Origin: Blochmannia endosymbiont of Camponotus modoc
Lineage (GTDB): Bacteria > Pseudomonadota > Gammaproteobacteria > Enterobacterales > Enterobacteriaceae
Direction of reading: 5' to 3'
Length of the DNA stretch: 32,000 bases
Assembly: GCF_023585785.1 (NCBI RefSeq)
Contig: NZ_CP097765.1
Span: 390,001 to 422,000, forward strand
Shown piece after piece: positions 10,629-21,935 of the stretch (its first letter is position 1; each line of letters starts with the position of its first letter). The translations under genes were made by a program, and so were the position numbers. Under the pieces are notes generated by a model. That model saw only the letters and a program-made list of their open reading frames with translations. It was not told where the DNA came from and did no database searches.

Positions 10629-11885
10629 CTAAAATTCTTTTTTTAACCAATTGTTTACTTTTCTTATCCAACCTTTAATTGTTATTCTTTTTTCTATATC
10701 TACCTCATTATTCAAATGAGATTCTTTCCCATAATGTAATAATCCAATAACAGTAGAATAATGAGGCCTTTTTATATCATCTGTTATCCCGTTTGTATTT
10801 ATAGAAGATGCGATACGAACTTGTGTATGAAACACTTTTTGAGCACAAGCTGATAATCCATCTATAAGAGATGCCCCTCCTGTTAACACAATCCCTGCTG
10901 CAAGATGATGTTTAATATTAAGTTGACGAAGTTGTGACTGTAACTGTAATATTTCTTTATTAACCAACATCATTAATTCAATATATCGAGGTTCAATGAT
11001 TTCTGCCAACATATGACGTTGCAAAATACGAGGTGGTCTACCTCCGACGCTTGGAACTTCAATATTTTCTCCTTTACTAATTAATGATTCTAAAGCACAA
11101 CCATAACGAACTTTAATTATTTCTGCATCCGATAATGGTGTTCCAAAAGCATAGGCAATATCACTAGTGACTACATTTCCAGCATATGGAATAACTTTGG
11201 TGTGACGTAAAGCTCCAGCAGTATATATTGCTATATCCATGGTACCGCCACCAAGATCTACCACACAGACACCCAATTCACGTTCATCTTCTGTTAACAC
11301 AGCATGACTTGAAGCTAATCCAGAAAATATCAATTGATCTACTTGTAATCCACATCGCTCTACTGCTTTGACGATATTTTTAGCCATATCATTATGGCAA
11401 GTAATTAAATGGACTTTGGCTTGCATTCTAACTCCAGATAACCCAACTGGATTTTTAATGCCTTCTTGATAATCAATAGCATAATCCTGTGGAATTACAT
11501 GTAATATTCGATGTTCATCGCGTACTCTAACTGATTTAGCTATGTGTACTACATTATCCACATCTGATTGTGTCACTTCTTCTTCTGAAATAGGTACCAT
11601 ACCTATTTCATTTTTACAACTAATATGTTTTCCAGATAAAGAAAGGTAAACAGATGAAATTTGACAACCTGCCATTAACTCTGCTTGATTAATAGAATAT
11701 TGTACACATTTTATTACTGATTCTAAATTGTTCACTCCTCCCTTATCCATTCCTCGTGACGGGCAATATCCTAACCCAATAACATTTACTATTCCATCAG
11801 GCAAAATTTCACCTACCATCGTAGCAACTTTAGCTGTTCCAATTTCTAATCCTACTAATAATTTTTTATCTGAAGCTTTGATCAT
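10629..11885 (-). CDS. ftsA: Cell division protein FtsA
   Basis: LLVGLEIGTAKVATMVGEILPDG, VVDLGGGTMDIAIYTAG and LTGGASLIDGL, the actin-like ATPase motifs. Located between ftsQ and ftsZ. Confidence 0.98.
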   Translation of the reverse strand: MIKASDKKLLVGLEIGTAKVATMVGEILPDGIVNVIGLGYCPSRGMDKGGVNNLESVIKCVQYSINQAELMAGCQISSVYLSLSGKHISCKNEIGMVPISEEEVTQSDVDNVVHIAKSVRVRDEHRILHVIPQDYAIDYQEGIKNPVGLSGVRMQAKVHLITCHNDMAKNIVKAVERCGLQVDQLIFSGLASSHAVLTEDERELGVCVVDLGGGTMDIAIYTAGALRHTKVIPYAGNVVTSDIAYAFGTPLSDAEIIKVRYGCALESLISKGENIEVPSVGGRPPRILQRHMLAEIIEPRYIELMMLVNKEILQLQSQLRQLNIKHHLAAGIVLTGGASLIDGLSACAQKVFHTQVRIASSINTNGITDDIKRPHYSTVIGLLHYGKESHLNNEVDIEKRITIKGWIRKVNNWLKKEF

Positions 11886-11915
11886 ATTTGTGATTGCCTT
11901 TATTTATTTTTTCTT

Positions 11916-12719
11916 CTATTTGCCACAAAATACAGGAGTGATCGAGTTTGAGCCCCATCTTACAGCAAATCCTGAACGATAACGTAAATCTATATAATCA
12001 ATACATGTATTATTGTCGTTAATTTTCTGAATAAGAATAGGATAAATTTTAATGAAATAATATAATCGTTCGATTATATTATTTCTACCTAATTTTAGAT
12101 GGATATTATCTTGTAAAATCAGTTGCCATGAGCAGCGTGCATCCATTTGTACTGATTTTATTTGAAATTTGATAGATTTTAATATCTCATTAAACGCATA
12201 ATAATTAGACAATACAGCCCGTTCGCTGCCTTCTGGTCCATACAAAGATGGCATTACTTTTTTGTAGTTATCTCGATATTCTTTAGGTACTTTAAATATA
12301 ATTCCTGTTGTACTAATTATTTGAAAATCATTCCAGTATGTTAAAGGAATATATTCTATTATATGAATTTTTAATGTGTCTGGCCATTGTTTCCTAACAC
12401 TAACTTGCTGAATCCATGGCAAACTTTCAATTCGTTTTTGAATAATGTTAACATCCTGTGTTATAAATGTACCTAATACTCCTAGTTTTACTAGGAGTTG
12501 ATCGATATCAGTGTCAGTAGTATAATGCCGTTTTCCAGTGACTATCATGTAAGATACAGGGCTACAACAAGCATTATGAATCCATTCTCTTATTTTATAA
12601 GCACTCCAAACAATACTAATTGTAACAACAAATATTAGCATCCAATCTAATAATTGATGCTGCAATTTATATCTTTGTTTTAAAACATATTTAATTATCA
12701 CTCGGTTATGCGTGCTCAA
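11916..12719 (-). CDS. ftsQ: Cell division protein FtsQ (POTRA-domain divisome protein)
   Basis: Single N-terminal hydrophobic segment (LLDWMLIFVVTISIVWSAYKI), then the POTRA-like sequence SLPWIQQVSVRKQWPDTLKIHIIEYIPLTYWND. Located immediately upstream of ftsA. Confidence 0.95.
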   Translation of the reverse strand: MSTHNRVIIKYVLKQRYKLQHQLLDWMLIFVVTISIVWSAYKIREWIHNACCSPVSYMIVTGKRHYTTDTDIDQLLVKLGVLGTFITQDVNIIQKRIESLPWIQQVSVRKQWPDTLKIHIIEYIPLTYWNDFQIISTTGIIFKVPKEYRDNYKKVMPSLYGPEGSERAVLSNYYAFNEILKSIKFQIKSVQMDARCSWQLILQDNIHLKLGRNNIIERLYYFIKIYPILIQKINDNNTCIDYIDLRYRSGFAVRWGSNSITPVFCGK

Positions 12720-12853
12720 TCCTAATTGAGGTGTATTAGTAAACCCGCTCTTTGCGTATTCTTATTTTCATAAAAATTTATTATTGTGTTTTCATTTTCA
12801 CATTTTATCATTTCGTACCATTAAGAATCATAATTATCATATATTTATTATGA

Positions 12854-14296
12854 TTAATCGTTTTTAACAATTAATCTACGCACAACCTCTCCTATCGTAC
12901 CAGCTCCTTGAATTAAGAGCAAATCGTTATTTCTTAATAATCGGAATAATGCTCCTGATAACATTTGTGTATTTGATATAAATGTTGGATTAATCTTACC
13001 AAATTCACGAATTGCATGACATAAGGATTGACTATCTGCCCCTAAAATAGGTGGTTCTCCAGCGGAATAAACATGTAATATTAAAAGAATATCTACATTG
13101 GAAAGTACATCAACAAAATCATAATATAATTCTTGTATACGCGTATATCGATGAGGTTGAAATACCATAATCAACCGTCTATCAGGCCATCCGGTCCGGA
13201 TCGTTACAATAGTAGCATGTAACTCAGCCGGATGATGCCCATAATCATCTATCAACAGAATTTCTCCTTTTTGACCATTTATTTTATTTAAAGAATAATA
13301 ACCTAAATTTTCAAAACGACGATGTGTTCCTTGAAAATCCAACATAGTTTTGAGAATAATTTTATCACTGATTCCTTCTTCGGCTGCTACTGCAATAGCA
13401 GCCGTAGCATTCAGTGCATTATGACAACCAGGGGCATTTAAAGTAACTTGTAGTTTTGTTTGATTTGGACGCAATATGGTAAAACTACTTTTTTCTATAT
13501 GTTGATGGTAGTTAAAAATATGCAAATTAGCATTTTTATTAAAGCCATAAGTGATTATCTTCCTGTTAATTTTAGGTAAAATCTCACAAATTACTGGATC
13601 ATCAATACACACTATAGCATACCCATAAAATGGTAGATTGTGTAAGAAATTAATAAATGCTTTTTTAAGATATTCAAAATTTCCTTGATACTTATGTATA
13701 TGATCAGTATCAATATTGGTAATCACCTCCACCATAGGATGCAAATGCAAAAATGAATTATCACTTTCATCTGCTTCTACGATTAAATAACGACTATATC
13801 CAAGTCGAGCATATACACCTTCTGATTTGACTATGCCTCCATTTATAAACGTTGGATCTAATCCTGCTGCGGTATAAATATTAGCTATCATTGTAGTAGT
13901 AGTAGTTTTCCCATGCGTTCCAGAAATGGCTATTCCATGTCTAAATCTCATTAGTTCGGATAACATTTCCGCACGCTTAATAACGGGAATACGAGCTTGT
14001 TTAGCAGCTAAAATTTCAGGATTATTTGGATGAATAGCACTGGATACAACAACAACATTAGCGTTGTTTATATTGCTATATTTATGCCCAATAAAGATTT
14101 TCACCCCTAATTCAAATAAGTGCCGTGTCGCGCTATTATATACAATATCAGACCCAGTAATACAATAACCTTCATGTGCTAATATTTCTGCAATTCCACA
14201 CATTCCGGTTCCGCCTATACCAACAAAATGTATTCGCCTAATACGATTCATCATTGGTATAGAATTGATCGGGTTAGATAATAGTATATTTGACAT
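12854..14296 (-). CDS. murC: UDP-N-acetylmuramate--L-alanine ligase
   Basis: [47 protein letters not shown]. About 480 aa. Confidence 0.98.
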   Translation of the reverse strand: MSNILLSNPINSIPMMNRIRRIHFVGIGGTGMCGIAEILAHEGYCITGSDIVYNSATRHLFELGVKIFIGHKYSNINNANVVVVSSAIHPNNPEILAAKQARIPVIKRAEMLSELMRFRHGIAISGTHGKTTTTTMIANIYTAAGLDPTFINGGIVKSEGVYARLGYSRYLIVEADESDNSFLHLHPMVEVITNIDTDHIHKYQGNFEYLKKAFINFLHNLPFYGYAIVCIDDPVICEILPKINRKIITYGFNKNANLHIFNYHQHIEKSSFTILRPNQTKLQVTLNAPGCHNALNATAAIAVAAEEGISDKIILKTMLDFQGTHRRFENLGYYSLNKINGQKGEILLIDDYGHHPAELHATIVTIRTGWPDRRLIMVFQPHRYTRIQELYYDFVDVLSNVDILLILHVYSAGEPPILGADSQSLCHAIREFGKINPTFISNTQMLSGALFRLLRNNDLLLIQGAGTIGEVVRRLIVKND

Positions 14297-14355
14297 ATCT
14301 ATTCAATATACTTTCAATATTTTTCTATTTATAAAGATGGCATTTATTAATATAT

Positions 14356-15423
14356 TTATTTTTTTAAGTATTCAATTATTACCTGAGAAACTTGCTGAGT
14401 TGCATTAGGCGCAGCTATGCTTCTAGCACGTTGAGCCATGTTACATAATATTTTTCGATCCCAAGATTCTAACATTGCGCTAACAACATCACTTGTAAAA
14501 TTTTGTTGTTCAATAATTTTTGCCGCTCCTGCTTGCACTAACGGCACAGCATTCCAATATTGCTGACGGTCTTTATGATGTATAAAAGGTACGAATATTG
14601 CTGGTAACCCTACAACAGATACTTCACTTACTGTTAATGCTCCAGCACGGGATATCAATATATCTGCCCAAGCATATGCTTGGGCTATATCATCAATAAA
14701 TTTTACAATTCTATGATAGCTTTGTTTTATTTTTTGATAAGCCCATATTACTTTTTTGAAATCTTTTTCTCCAACCTGGTGCCATATGATCAATTTATTA
14801 GATAATTTCTCAGCCATATTTGGGATAGTTTTATTTAATATATGCGCACCTTGGCTACCTCCAATCACTAAAACGCGAATAGGACCAACACGACCTTTCC
14901 ATCGTCTAGATGGATTTGGCACAGCTAATATTGCGCGTCGTATTGGGTTTCCTACCATTTTAGCATTAGGAAAAGTACCAGGAAATCCTTGCAATACTTT
15001 TTTAGAAAAAATTGACAAATACCGATTAGTTAAACCGATAATTCTATTTTGTTCGTGTATTATTAATGGAATACCGCATGTCCATGCTGCTAATCCACCC
15101 GGTCCGGAAACATATCCACCCATTCCTAATACTATATCAGGTTTCCAATATTTTATAATTTTTCGTGCTTGATATATTGCTAAACAAATAAACAATGGCA
15201 TAATGCACTTAATGTGTAATTTTTCACCATTCCACCCGTTAATATGAATAAATTTAATATCGATTCCGTACTGAGGAACTAACTTCGATTCAATGCGATC
15301 TGCAGTACCTAGCCAAACAACTTGATACCCATGATTAATTAAATAATGAGCCACCGACAACCCTGGAAACACATGCCCCCCACTACCACCCGCTACAATC
15401 ATAATTTTCTTTTTTTGATTCAT
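14356..15423 (-). CDS. murG: Undecaprenyldiphospho-muramoylpentapeptide beta-N-acetylglucosaminyltransferase
   Basis: [57 protein letters not shown]. Start preferred at ATG 15423-15421, which overlaps the ftsW stop as ATGA; the track ORF extends to 15435. Confidence 0.97.
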   Translation of the reverse strand: MNQKKKIMIVAGGSGGHVFPGLSVAHYLINHGYQVVWLGTADRIESKLVPQYGIDIKFIHINGWNGEKLHIKCIMPLFICLAIYQARKIIKYWKPDIVLGMGGYVSGPGGLAAWTCGIPLIIHEQNRIIGLTNRYLSIFSKKVLQGFPGTFPNAKMVGNPIRRAILAVPNPSRRWKGRVGPIRVLVIGGSQGAHILNKTIPNMAEKLSNKLIIWHQVGEKDFKKVIWAYQKIKQSYHRIVKFIDDIAQAYAWADILISRAGALTVSEVSVVGLPAIFVPFIHHKDRQQYWNAVPLVQAGAAKIIEQQNFTSDVVSAMLESWDRKILCNMAQRARSIAAPNATQQVSQVIIEYLKK

Positions 15424-16616
15424 GTTTTCGTGCACTTCAAAAAAGCTTGATTTTTAGATAAACGTGTCTCGAAATCTATTCTTAACAACTGCATGCTTGC
15501 CATTACTGTAATCAAAAAGCTAGATCCCCCATAACTAATAAATGGCAATGTTAATCCCTTTGTGGGTAATATTCCGCTAACAGTGCCCACATTAATAAAA
15601 ATTTGCAATCCAAACCACATGCTAATAGAACAGGCTAAAATACCAGAAAATCTGTGATTAACATTCAAGGCACGATAACCAATGATCATGGCACGAAGCA
15701 CAATTATAAATAACATAGACAACACTAAAATCGCTCCAAAATATCCTAATTCTTCCGCAAGAATAGAAAAAATAAAATCAGTATGAGCTTCGGGTAAATA
15801 TTCTAATTTCAGCACAGAATTTCCTAGTCCCTCCCCAAAACATTTTCCACGACCAAAAGCTATCAATGATTGAGTTAATTGATAACCATTGCCAAACGGA
15901 TCTTTCCATGGATCCCAAAAAGTAAGTATACGTTGTATACGATAAGGTTTAATCACAATTAAAGGTATAATTAAAAATATATTGAATACTAAAACCAATA
16001 TTAACTGACATAATTTAGCTCCAAAAAGAAATAATATAGACAGAGTAGTAATAAAAAGAATAATAATGCTACCAAAATCAGGTTGCGCTAGTAATAATAC
16101 AGCTAATATAATCATTATTACTATGGGTTTACATATACTCCAAAATTTGGTGCGTACTTCTTGTGATTTACGTTCTAAATAGTTAGCAAGATAGCAAATA
16201 AAAGATAATTTTGATAATTCCGAAGGCTGAACACACAATGCACCCCACATTATCCAACGTGATGCTCCATTAGTAGAATTATTTAAGATTAATGCGGCTA
16301 TCAACATTATATAACTACATAGCAACATGATAACACTATAATTCTGCCAAACTATTATGGGTATCTTTAAAATAATTACAGATAATAAAAATGTCACGCT
16401 GTAATAAACAATGACACGTTTTATAAAATAACATGGATCATTCGCTAATCGCATACCAGTAGGTATTGATCCTGAACTAATAATAACAAACCCAATGCCA
16501 ATTAATCCCAACAGCAACCAAAAAAATATACGATCATATAATACACTAATGTTTGATGATTTTTTTTTGCCCAATTTTAATGGATGATTAATAATTTTTG
16601 TTTTAAAGATCCTCAT
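15420..16616 (-). CDS. ftsW: Lipid II polymerase / SEDS-family division protein FtsW
   Basis: Multi-spanning membrane protein with [25 protein letters not shown] and [15 protein letters not shown]. Start preferred at ATG 16616-16614, overlapping the murD stop as TAATG; the track ORF extends to 16640. Confidence 0.96.
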   Translation of the reverse strand: MRIFKTKIINHPLKLGKKKSSNISVLYDRIFFWLLLGLIGIGFVIISSGSIPTGMRLANDPCYFIKRVIVYYSVTFLLSVIILKIPIIVWQNYSVIMLLCSYIMLIAALILNNSTNGASRWIMWGALCVQPSELSKLSFICYLANYLERKSQEVRTKFWSICKPIVIMIILAVLLLAQPDFGSIIILFITTLSILFLFGAKLCQLILVLVFNIFLIIPLIVIKPYRIQRILTFWDPWKDPFGNGYQLTQSLIAFGRGKCFGEGLGNSVLKLEYLPEAHTDFIFSILAEELGYFGAILVLSMLFIIVLRAMIIGYRALNVNHRFSGILACSISMWFGLQIFINVGTVSGILPTKGLTLPFISYGGSSFLITVMASMQLLRIDFETRLSKNQAFLKCTKT

Positions 16617-17941
16617 TATATAAATTCTCTCGTAAAACAAGTAAATATTAGTCCACGCATTTCAAATGATTTAAATTGATCTAAACTAGAACAAGCCGGA
16701 GATAATAAAACTATATCCTTTGCTTTTATACGACGATTAATAATACACATTGCTTGAATCATTGTATTTGTTAAAATAACATCACTAAATCCTAATGTCG
16801 TCAATAATAATCCATCTTTTCCAAAACAATAAAGATGTATCTCATGTTGTTTAATCAAATGTCTTAAAGAAGAAAAATCAGCTAATTTACCATCACCTCC
16901 TAATATTAAATGTAACGTACCGGATAACTTTAAATTGTTGATCGCTTCTTTGGTAGCGTTGACATTAGTAGCTTTGGAATCATTAATCCAACTCACTCCA
17001 TGATTTTTATAAATCAATTGACAACGATGCGTTAAACCAGAAAATTGGCACAATACTTTTAAAGAAATAGAGCGAGGAATCTTGACAATATCCGATAATG
17101 CTAAAGCAGATAATGCATTTATATAGTTAATACGATTATTAATTCTCATTTCAGAACAATTAAGCACATATTCATTGTATGCAACTATCCAGGTGTGTCC
17201 TTTATAATATTTCAGATAATAATCTGCAGAATCTTCGTTTTCACCAAAACTTATACAATAATCATAATCATTATATATAGGTGTCGTTAAAGGATCTAAA
17301 GCGTTCATCACACAAATTTTAGCATTTTTATAAATCCTTTGCTTAGAAAACCAATATTGCTTTAATCCACCAGGATAATGATCCATATGATCTTCACTAA
17401 CATTTAAAATTACAGCTGCTATTGCACGTAAACTATAGGTTGTATCTAACTGAAAACTTGAAATCTCCAGTATATATAATTGATACGATTTATTATTTAG
17501 TAAAGAAAGCACAGGCACACCTATATTACCTGCTACACCAACACACCATCCAACGCCCCTAGCCATTCTGGAAATCAATTGGGTTACTGTACTTTTTCCA
17601 TTAGATCCAGTAATAGCTATTATCGGAGCAGTTACTTCACGAGCAAATAATTCAATATCACCAATAATTTCTATTCCTAATTTTAAAGCTTCAATTAAAA
17701 CCGGATGATCTAATCGTACTCCAGGACTAACTACAATTAACGTAGCGCTCAACAACCATATATCATTAAATGCGCCCAAATAACACTGTACAACATGAGG
17801 TAATTTTTTTATTCCCGGAGGATATATACGAGTATCTATTACTTTTGGTATTACACCACGATCTAAAAAAAAATTAACACAAGATAAACCCGTAATCCCC
17901 AAACCGATAATTACAACTTGCGATCCTCGGTAATTACGCAT
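16616..17941 (-). CDS. murD: UDP-N-acetylmuramoylalanine--D-glutamate ligase
   Basis: [61 protein letters not shown]. Confidence 0.98.
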   Translation of the reverse strand: MRNYRGSQVVIIGLGITGLSCVNFFLDRGVIPKVIDTRIYPPGIKKLPHVVQCYLGAFNDIWLLSATLIVVSPGVRLDHPVLIEALKLGIEIIGDIELFAREVTAPIIAITGSNGKSTVTQLISRMARGVGWCVGVAGNIGVPVLSLLNNKSYQLYILEISSFQLDTTYSLRAIAAVILNVSEDHMDHYPGGLKQYWFSKQRIYKNAKICVMNALDPLTTPIYNDYDYCISFGENEDSADYYLKYYKGHTWIVAYNEYVLNCSEMRINNRINYINALSALALSDIVKIPRSISLKVLCQFSGLTHRCQLIYKNHGVSWINDSKATNVNATKEAINNLKLSGTLHLILGGDGKLADFSSLRHLIKQHEIHLYCFGKDGLLLTTLGFSDVILTNTMIQAMCIINRRIKAKDIVLLSPACSSLDQFKSFEMRGLIFTCFTREFI

Positions 17942-17945
17942 ATTT

Positions 17946-19034
17946 TTATTGCCGTATCTTTAAAGTAATTAATCCCACAAAAACTAACATTAAAGATATG
18001 ATCCAAAATCGCACTATAATGCGAGGTTCTGGACAACCTTTTAGTTCAAAATGATGATGAATTGGTGCCATTTTAAATATCCGTTGTCCAAATAATTTAA
18101 AATAAATTATTTGTAAGATCACAGATAAAGTTTCTATTACAAACATACCGCCCATAATTAATAATAAACATTCTTGACGTAACAACACTGCAATTATCCC
18201 AAGTGTACCTCCAAGCGATAAAGAACCTACATCGCCCATAAATATCTGAGCCGGATAAGTGTTAAACCATAAAAACCCAAGACCAGCTCCAATAATAGCA
18301 GAACATATAATTATTAATTCTCCAGAAAAGCAAATATAAGGAATATTTAGATGACTAGCAAAGTGAATATCATTGCTTATCCACGCAACTACAGCCAATC
18401 CAGCTGCAATGAATATTATAGGAATAATCGCTAACCCATCTAAACCATCAGACAAATTCACGGAATTACTTGTCCCAACAACAACAAAATATGCTAGAAA
18501 AATATACCAGATACCTAATTGAGGCATAAAATTTTTAAAAAATGGCACTATTAATTGTGTAGATGTAGGACTACGATCTGACATAAAGATAATAATGACT
18601 AACGTTAAAGCAATTAATGATTGCCAAAAATATTTATGTAACACACTCAAACCCGCAGAACTTTTCCTGTGAATTTTTAAAAGGTCGTCAATTAAACCCA
18701 ATATTCCGTATGTTATTAGTATAAATGATACATACCATACATATATATTTGATAAATCAGCGCACATCATTACTGATATGGCGATCGAAAGAATCATTAC
18801 AATTCCACCCATAGTAGGTGTACTTTTCTTTTGAGTATGTGATTTTGGTCCATCACAACGCACTATTTGAAAAAAACACAAATTATGAAACCATGTAATT
18901 ACATAATGACCTACCCCTAAAGCAATAAACAATGCCGATACAAAACTAATAATAGCTCTGAAAGTTAAATGATAAACAATATTAAATCTAGATGAATATA
19001 CTGCTAATACATTCTCTGTTAGCCAAAATAACAT
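17946..19034 (-). CDS. mraY: Phospho-N-acetylmuramoyl-pentapeptide-transferase
   Basis: [67 protein letters not shown]. Confidence 0.99.
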   Translation of the reverse strand: MLFWLTENVLAVYSSRFNIVYHLTFRAIISFVSALFIALGVGHYVITWFHNLCFFQIVRCDGPKSHTQKKSTPTMGGIVMILSIAISVMMCADLSNIYVWYVSFILITYGILGLIDDLLKIHRKSSAGLSVLHKYFWQSLIALTLVIIIFMSDRSPTSTQLIVPFFKNFMPQLGIWYIFLAYFVVVGTSNSVNLSDGLDGLAIIPIIFIAAGLAVVAWISNDIHFASHLNIPYICFSGELIIICSAIIGAGLGFLWFNTYPAQIFMGDVGSLSLGGTLGIIAVLLRQECLLLIMGGMFVIETLSVILQIIYFKLFGQRIFKMAPIHHHFELKGCPEPRIIVRFWIISLMLVFVGLITLKIRQ

Positions 19035-20392
19035 TTTGATCCATCTCGAATAGCATCTATTATTTGCTCCATTTTAAAACCTCGTGATCCTTTCACTAAT
19101 ACACTAATTGAATTATGGACAGATAACATCTGCTTGATATAAATAATTAATTTATTTTTATTTCGAAAATGTTTTCCTTTTCCACATATTTTGGAAATGC
19201 AACAACTAACGCTACCTATGGTAAGAATTTTATTGATATTTGTCGTTGCGATTAATCTCCCAATATAACAATGATATTTGATTGATTTATGTTTTCCTAA
19301 TTCTAACATATCACTGACCACCAATATACGATAACCTGGCATTGTAGTTAATACATGAATAGCAGATATCATAGAACCAACGTTTGAATTATAAGTATCA
19401 TCTAATAATAATTTACCTTTACCTAAAATAATCGGAAATAATCTACCAGGTAACGTTTTTATATTTTCTAATCCATAAACTACTTCTGATAAATTTGCTC
19501 CTACAGAAAATGCAAGAGCGCTAGCAGCTAAAGCATTAGCCACATTATGTGTTCCTAACATTGATAAAACCACTGGAGAAGTTCCATATGGAGTATGTAA
19601 AATAAACCGTGTTCTATTTTTTTCAGCAATAATATTACTTGCAAAAAAATCTATTCCTACGTTAGTACGTAAAGAAAAAAACCACATAGATTTTCCCTGC
19701 AATGGTTTACGCCATAAAGATAAAGCATGACTGTCAGCATTTATAATACCTGTTCCATTTAAATCTAATTCAGAAAAAATTTTCCCTTTCTCTTTTCCTA
19801 TTTTAGATAAGGATTTAAAACCTGATAAATGTGCAGGGTAAACATTATTTACTAAAGCTACATTAGCAGCAACTATCTTACTTAATTGAGCAAGTTCTCC
19901 AGGACAACTTGATCCTAATTCGATAATTGCAAAATTGTTTTTTTTTGTTAAACGTAATAAAGTAATCGGCACTCCAACCATATTATTAAAGTTACCTTGT
20001 GTTGCTATTGTATCCCCACACTCTTTTAATATAGACGTGGTCATTTCTTTTACTGATGTTTTACCGCTTGATCCAGTTATAGCAATAACTTTTGCTGATA
20101 CTTTTTGGCGCACCCAATGTGCTAACATTATTAAAGCACAACGAGTATCAGGAACTATTAATTGAGGAACATCTAATAATATATGATGATTTACTAGTAA
20201 TGCTTGAGCACCAGCAGCAATTGCTTGACTTGTAAAATCATGACCATCAAAACGTTTACCTATTAATGCTATAAACATACATTGTTTATAAATAATATTT
20301 GAGTTAATAGTAATCGCATGAATAATCAAATCCATACCAATATATTTAGCGTTTAAAACTGGCGCTATTTCATGCAAACTAAATGGAATCAT
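19019..20392 (-). CDS. murF: UDP-N-acetylmuramoyl-tripeptide--D-alanyl-D-alanine ligase
   Basis: [44 protein letters not shown]. Located between murE and mraY. Confidence 0.97.
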   Translation of the reverse strand: MIPFSLHEIAPVLNAKYIGMDLIIHAITINSNIIYKQCMFIALIGKRFDGHDFTSQAIAAGAQALLVNHHILLDVPQLIVPDTRCALIMLAHWVRQKVSAKVIAITGSSGKTSVKEMTTSILKECGDTIATQGNFNNMVGVPITLLRLTKKNNFAIIELGSSCPGELAQLSKIVAANVALVNNVYPAHLSGFKSLSKIGKEKGKIFSELDLNGTGIINADSHALSLWRKPLQGKSMWFFSLRTNVGIDFFASNIIAEKNRTRFILHTPYGTSPVVLSMLGTHNVANALAASALAFSVGANLSEVVYGLENIKTLPGRLFPIILGKGKLLLDDTYNSNVGSMISAIHVLTTMPGYRILVVSDMLELGKHKSIKYHCYIGRLIATTNINKILTIGSVSCCISKICGKGKHFRNKNKLIIYIKQMLSVHNSISVLVKGSRGFKMEQIIDAIRDGSKCYFG

Positions 20393-21900
20393 AAAATAAC
20401 ATCGTTCTTTAAAAAATTTTCTACTATGTCTTGATCAGAATGATATATGCGATTATTTCCGATAATTTGGTATTTTTCATGACCTTTTCCAGAAATTAAT
20501 ATTATATCTTCTAAAGATGCCTTTAAAATAGCAGTCTGTATCGCACAGTAACGATTTTGAATAATTTTGATGATTTTTTTTGGGTGTGTTATGCCACGAG
20601 TAATATCATTTATAATCGATTGCGGTTCTTCCGTGCGCGGATTATCATTGGTAATAATTATATAATCAGCATACCGGCTTACAATGCAACCCATTAAAGC
20701 ACGTTTACTTGGATCTCTATCGCCTCCGCAACCAAAAACACACCATAGTTGACCACAATAATAAAATCGTCTAATTGAAATTAGAACTTTTTCTAACGCA
20801 TCCGGAGTATGTGCATAATCTACTATAACCGTCGGGTATCCATGAGAACGAAATACTTCCATTCTACCAGCTACTGGTTGTAATTGAGATGACGTATGTA
20901 CCAATAATGATAGAGGATACCCTAATACTAATAACGTACCTAAGGCTAATAATACATTGCTAACGTTGAATTCTCCTAATAATTGACTATGAATTACTCC
21001 ATTCCCCCAACTTGAATCAAAGATTATATTCGTACCACGAACATTATAATTGACATTAACCACACGTATCCATTTACCTTTCCAAAAACATGGTAAATTG
21101 CTTGTTATTGTTACTGCAATCGCTTGAGGAAAATAATATAACCATCGACAACCAATGGGGTCATCAGCATTAATTATATATTTTTCTACACATAATTCAT
21201 CAAATAACCGCCATTTAGACATAGAGTATTGCATAACGTTACCATGATAATCTAAGTGATCATGGCTTAAATTAGTAAATATAGCTGCTTTAAAATATAA
21301 AGCATCCACACGATATTGATTTAATCCATGTGATGACACCTCCATAGCAACAAAGGTAATCTTATCTTTAACAAACTGAGCTAATATTTTTTGAGCATCA
21401 ATAGAAGAGCATGTTGTATTATAAGATAAACACATATTATTTAACATTCCGTTACCTAAAGTACCCATCACAGCACTTTTTTCCCCTAATAATTGGACCC
21501 AACGAGCTAACAAATGCGTTATAGTAGTTTTTCCATTGGTACCAGTAACACCAATTAAATCCAAAAAACGTGACGGATGATTATAAAAACTACCTGCTAT
21601 ATCGGACAAATACCGTGGTAAATGATTAACATGGACCACAGGTATTTTATTTAAATGATAACTATATTTTTTAAATATCGTCATATCGTTCCAAGATTCT
21701 AATAAAACTGCCGAAGCTCCCTTTTCGATCGCATAGTCAATATATGATCTTCCATCAGTCTTAGAACCTTTAACTGCTACAAATAAATTTCCCAATACAA
21801 TGTTACGACTATCCAATTCTATCCCCGTCAATGCAGGACTAGTAGGATTATTAAAAACATACGGAATAAATAATTTATATAAATTACGTGAATCACACAT
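20389..21900 (-). CDS. murE: UDP-N-acetylmuramoyl-L-alanyl-D-glutamate--2,6-diaminopimelate ligase
   Basis: GVTGTNGKTTITHLLARW, GCGGDRDPSKRALMG, the DNPRTEEP motif typical of meso-DAP-adding MurE, and GKGHEKYQ. Confidence 0.98.
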   Translation of the reverse strand: MCDSRNLYKLFIPYVFNNPTSPALTGIELDSRNIVLGNLFVAVKGSKTDGRSYIDYAIEKGASAVLLESWNDMTIFKKYSYHLNKIPVVHVNHLPRYLSDIAGSFYNHPSRFLDLIGVTGTNGKTTITHLLARWVQLLGEKSAVMGTLGNGMLNNMCLSYNTTCSSIDAQKILAQFVKDKITFVAMEVSSHGLNQYRVDALYFKAAIFTNLSHDHLDYHGNVMQYSMSKWRLFDELCVEKYIINADDPIGCRWLYYFPQAIAVTITSNLPCFWKGKWIRVVNVNYNVRGTNIIFDSSWGNGVIHSQLLGEFNVSNVLLALGTLLVLGYPLSLLVHTSSQLQPVAGRMEVFRSHGYPTVIVDYAHTPDALEKVLISIRRFYYCGQLWCVFGCGGDRDPSKRALMGCIVSRYADYIIITNDNPRTEEPQSIINDITRGITHPKKIIKIIQNRYCAIQTAILKASLEDIILISGKGHEKYQIIGNNRIYHSDQDIVENFLKNDVIL

Positions 21901-21935
21901 ATAATTTTCTCAAAGAAATCTGATTGCTTATAAAC

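Noticed and set aside
14756-15172. ORF on the plus strand, 138 aa
   Set aside because: It is the longest antisense ORF, but it lies wholly within murG and has no family resemblance.
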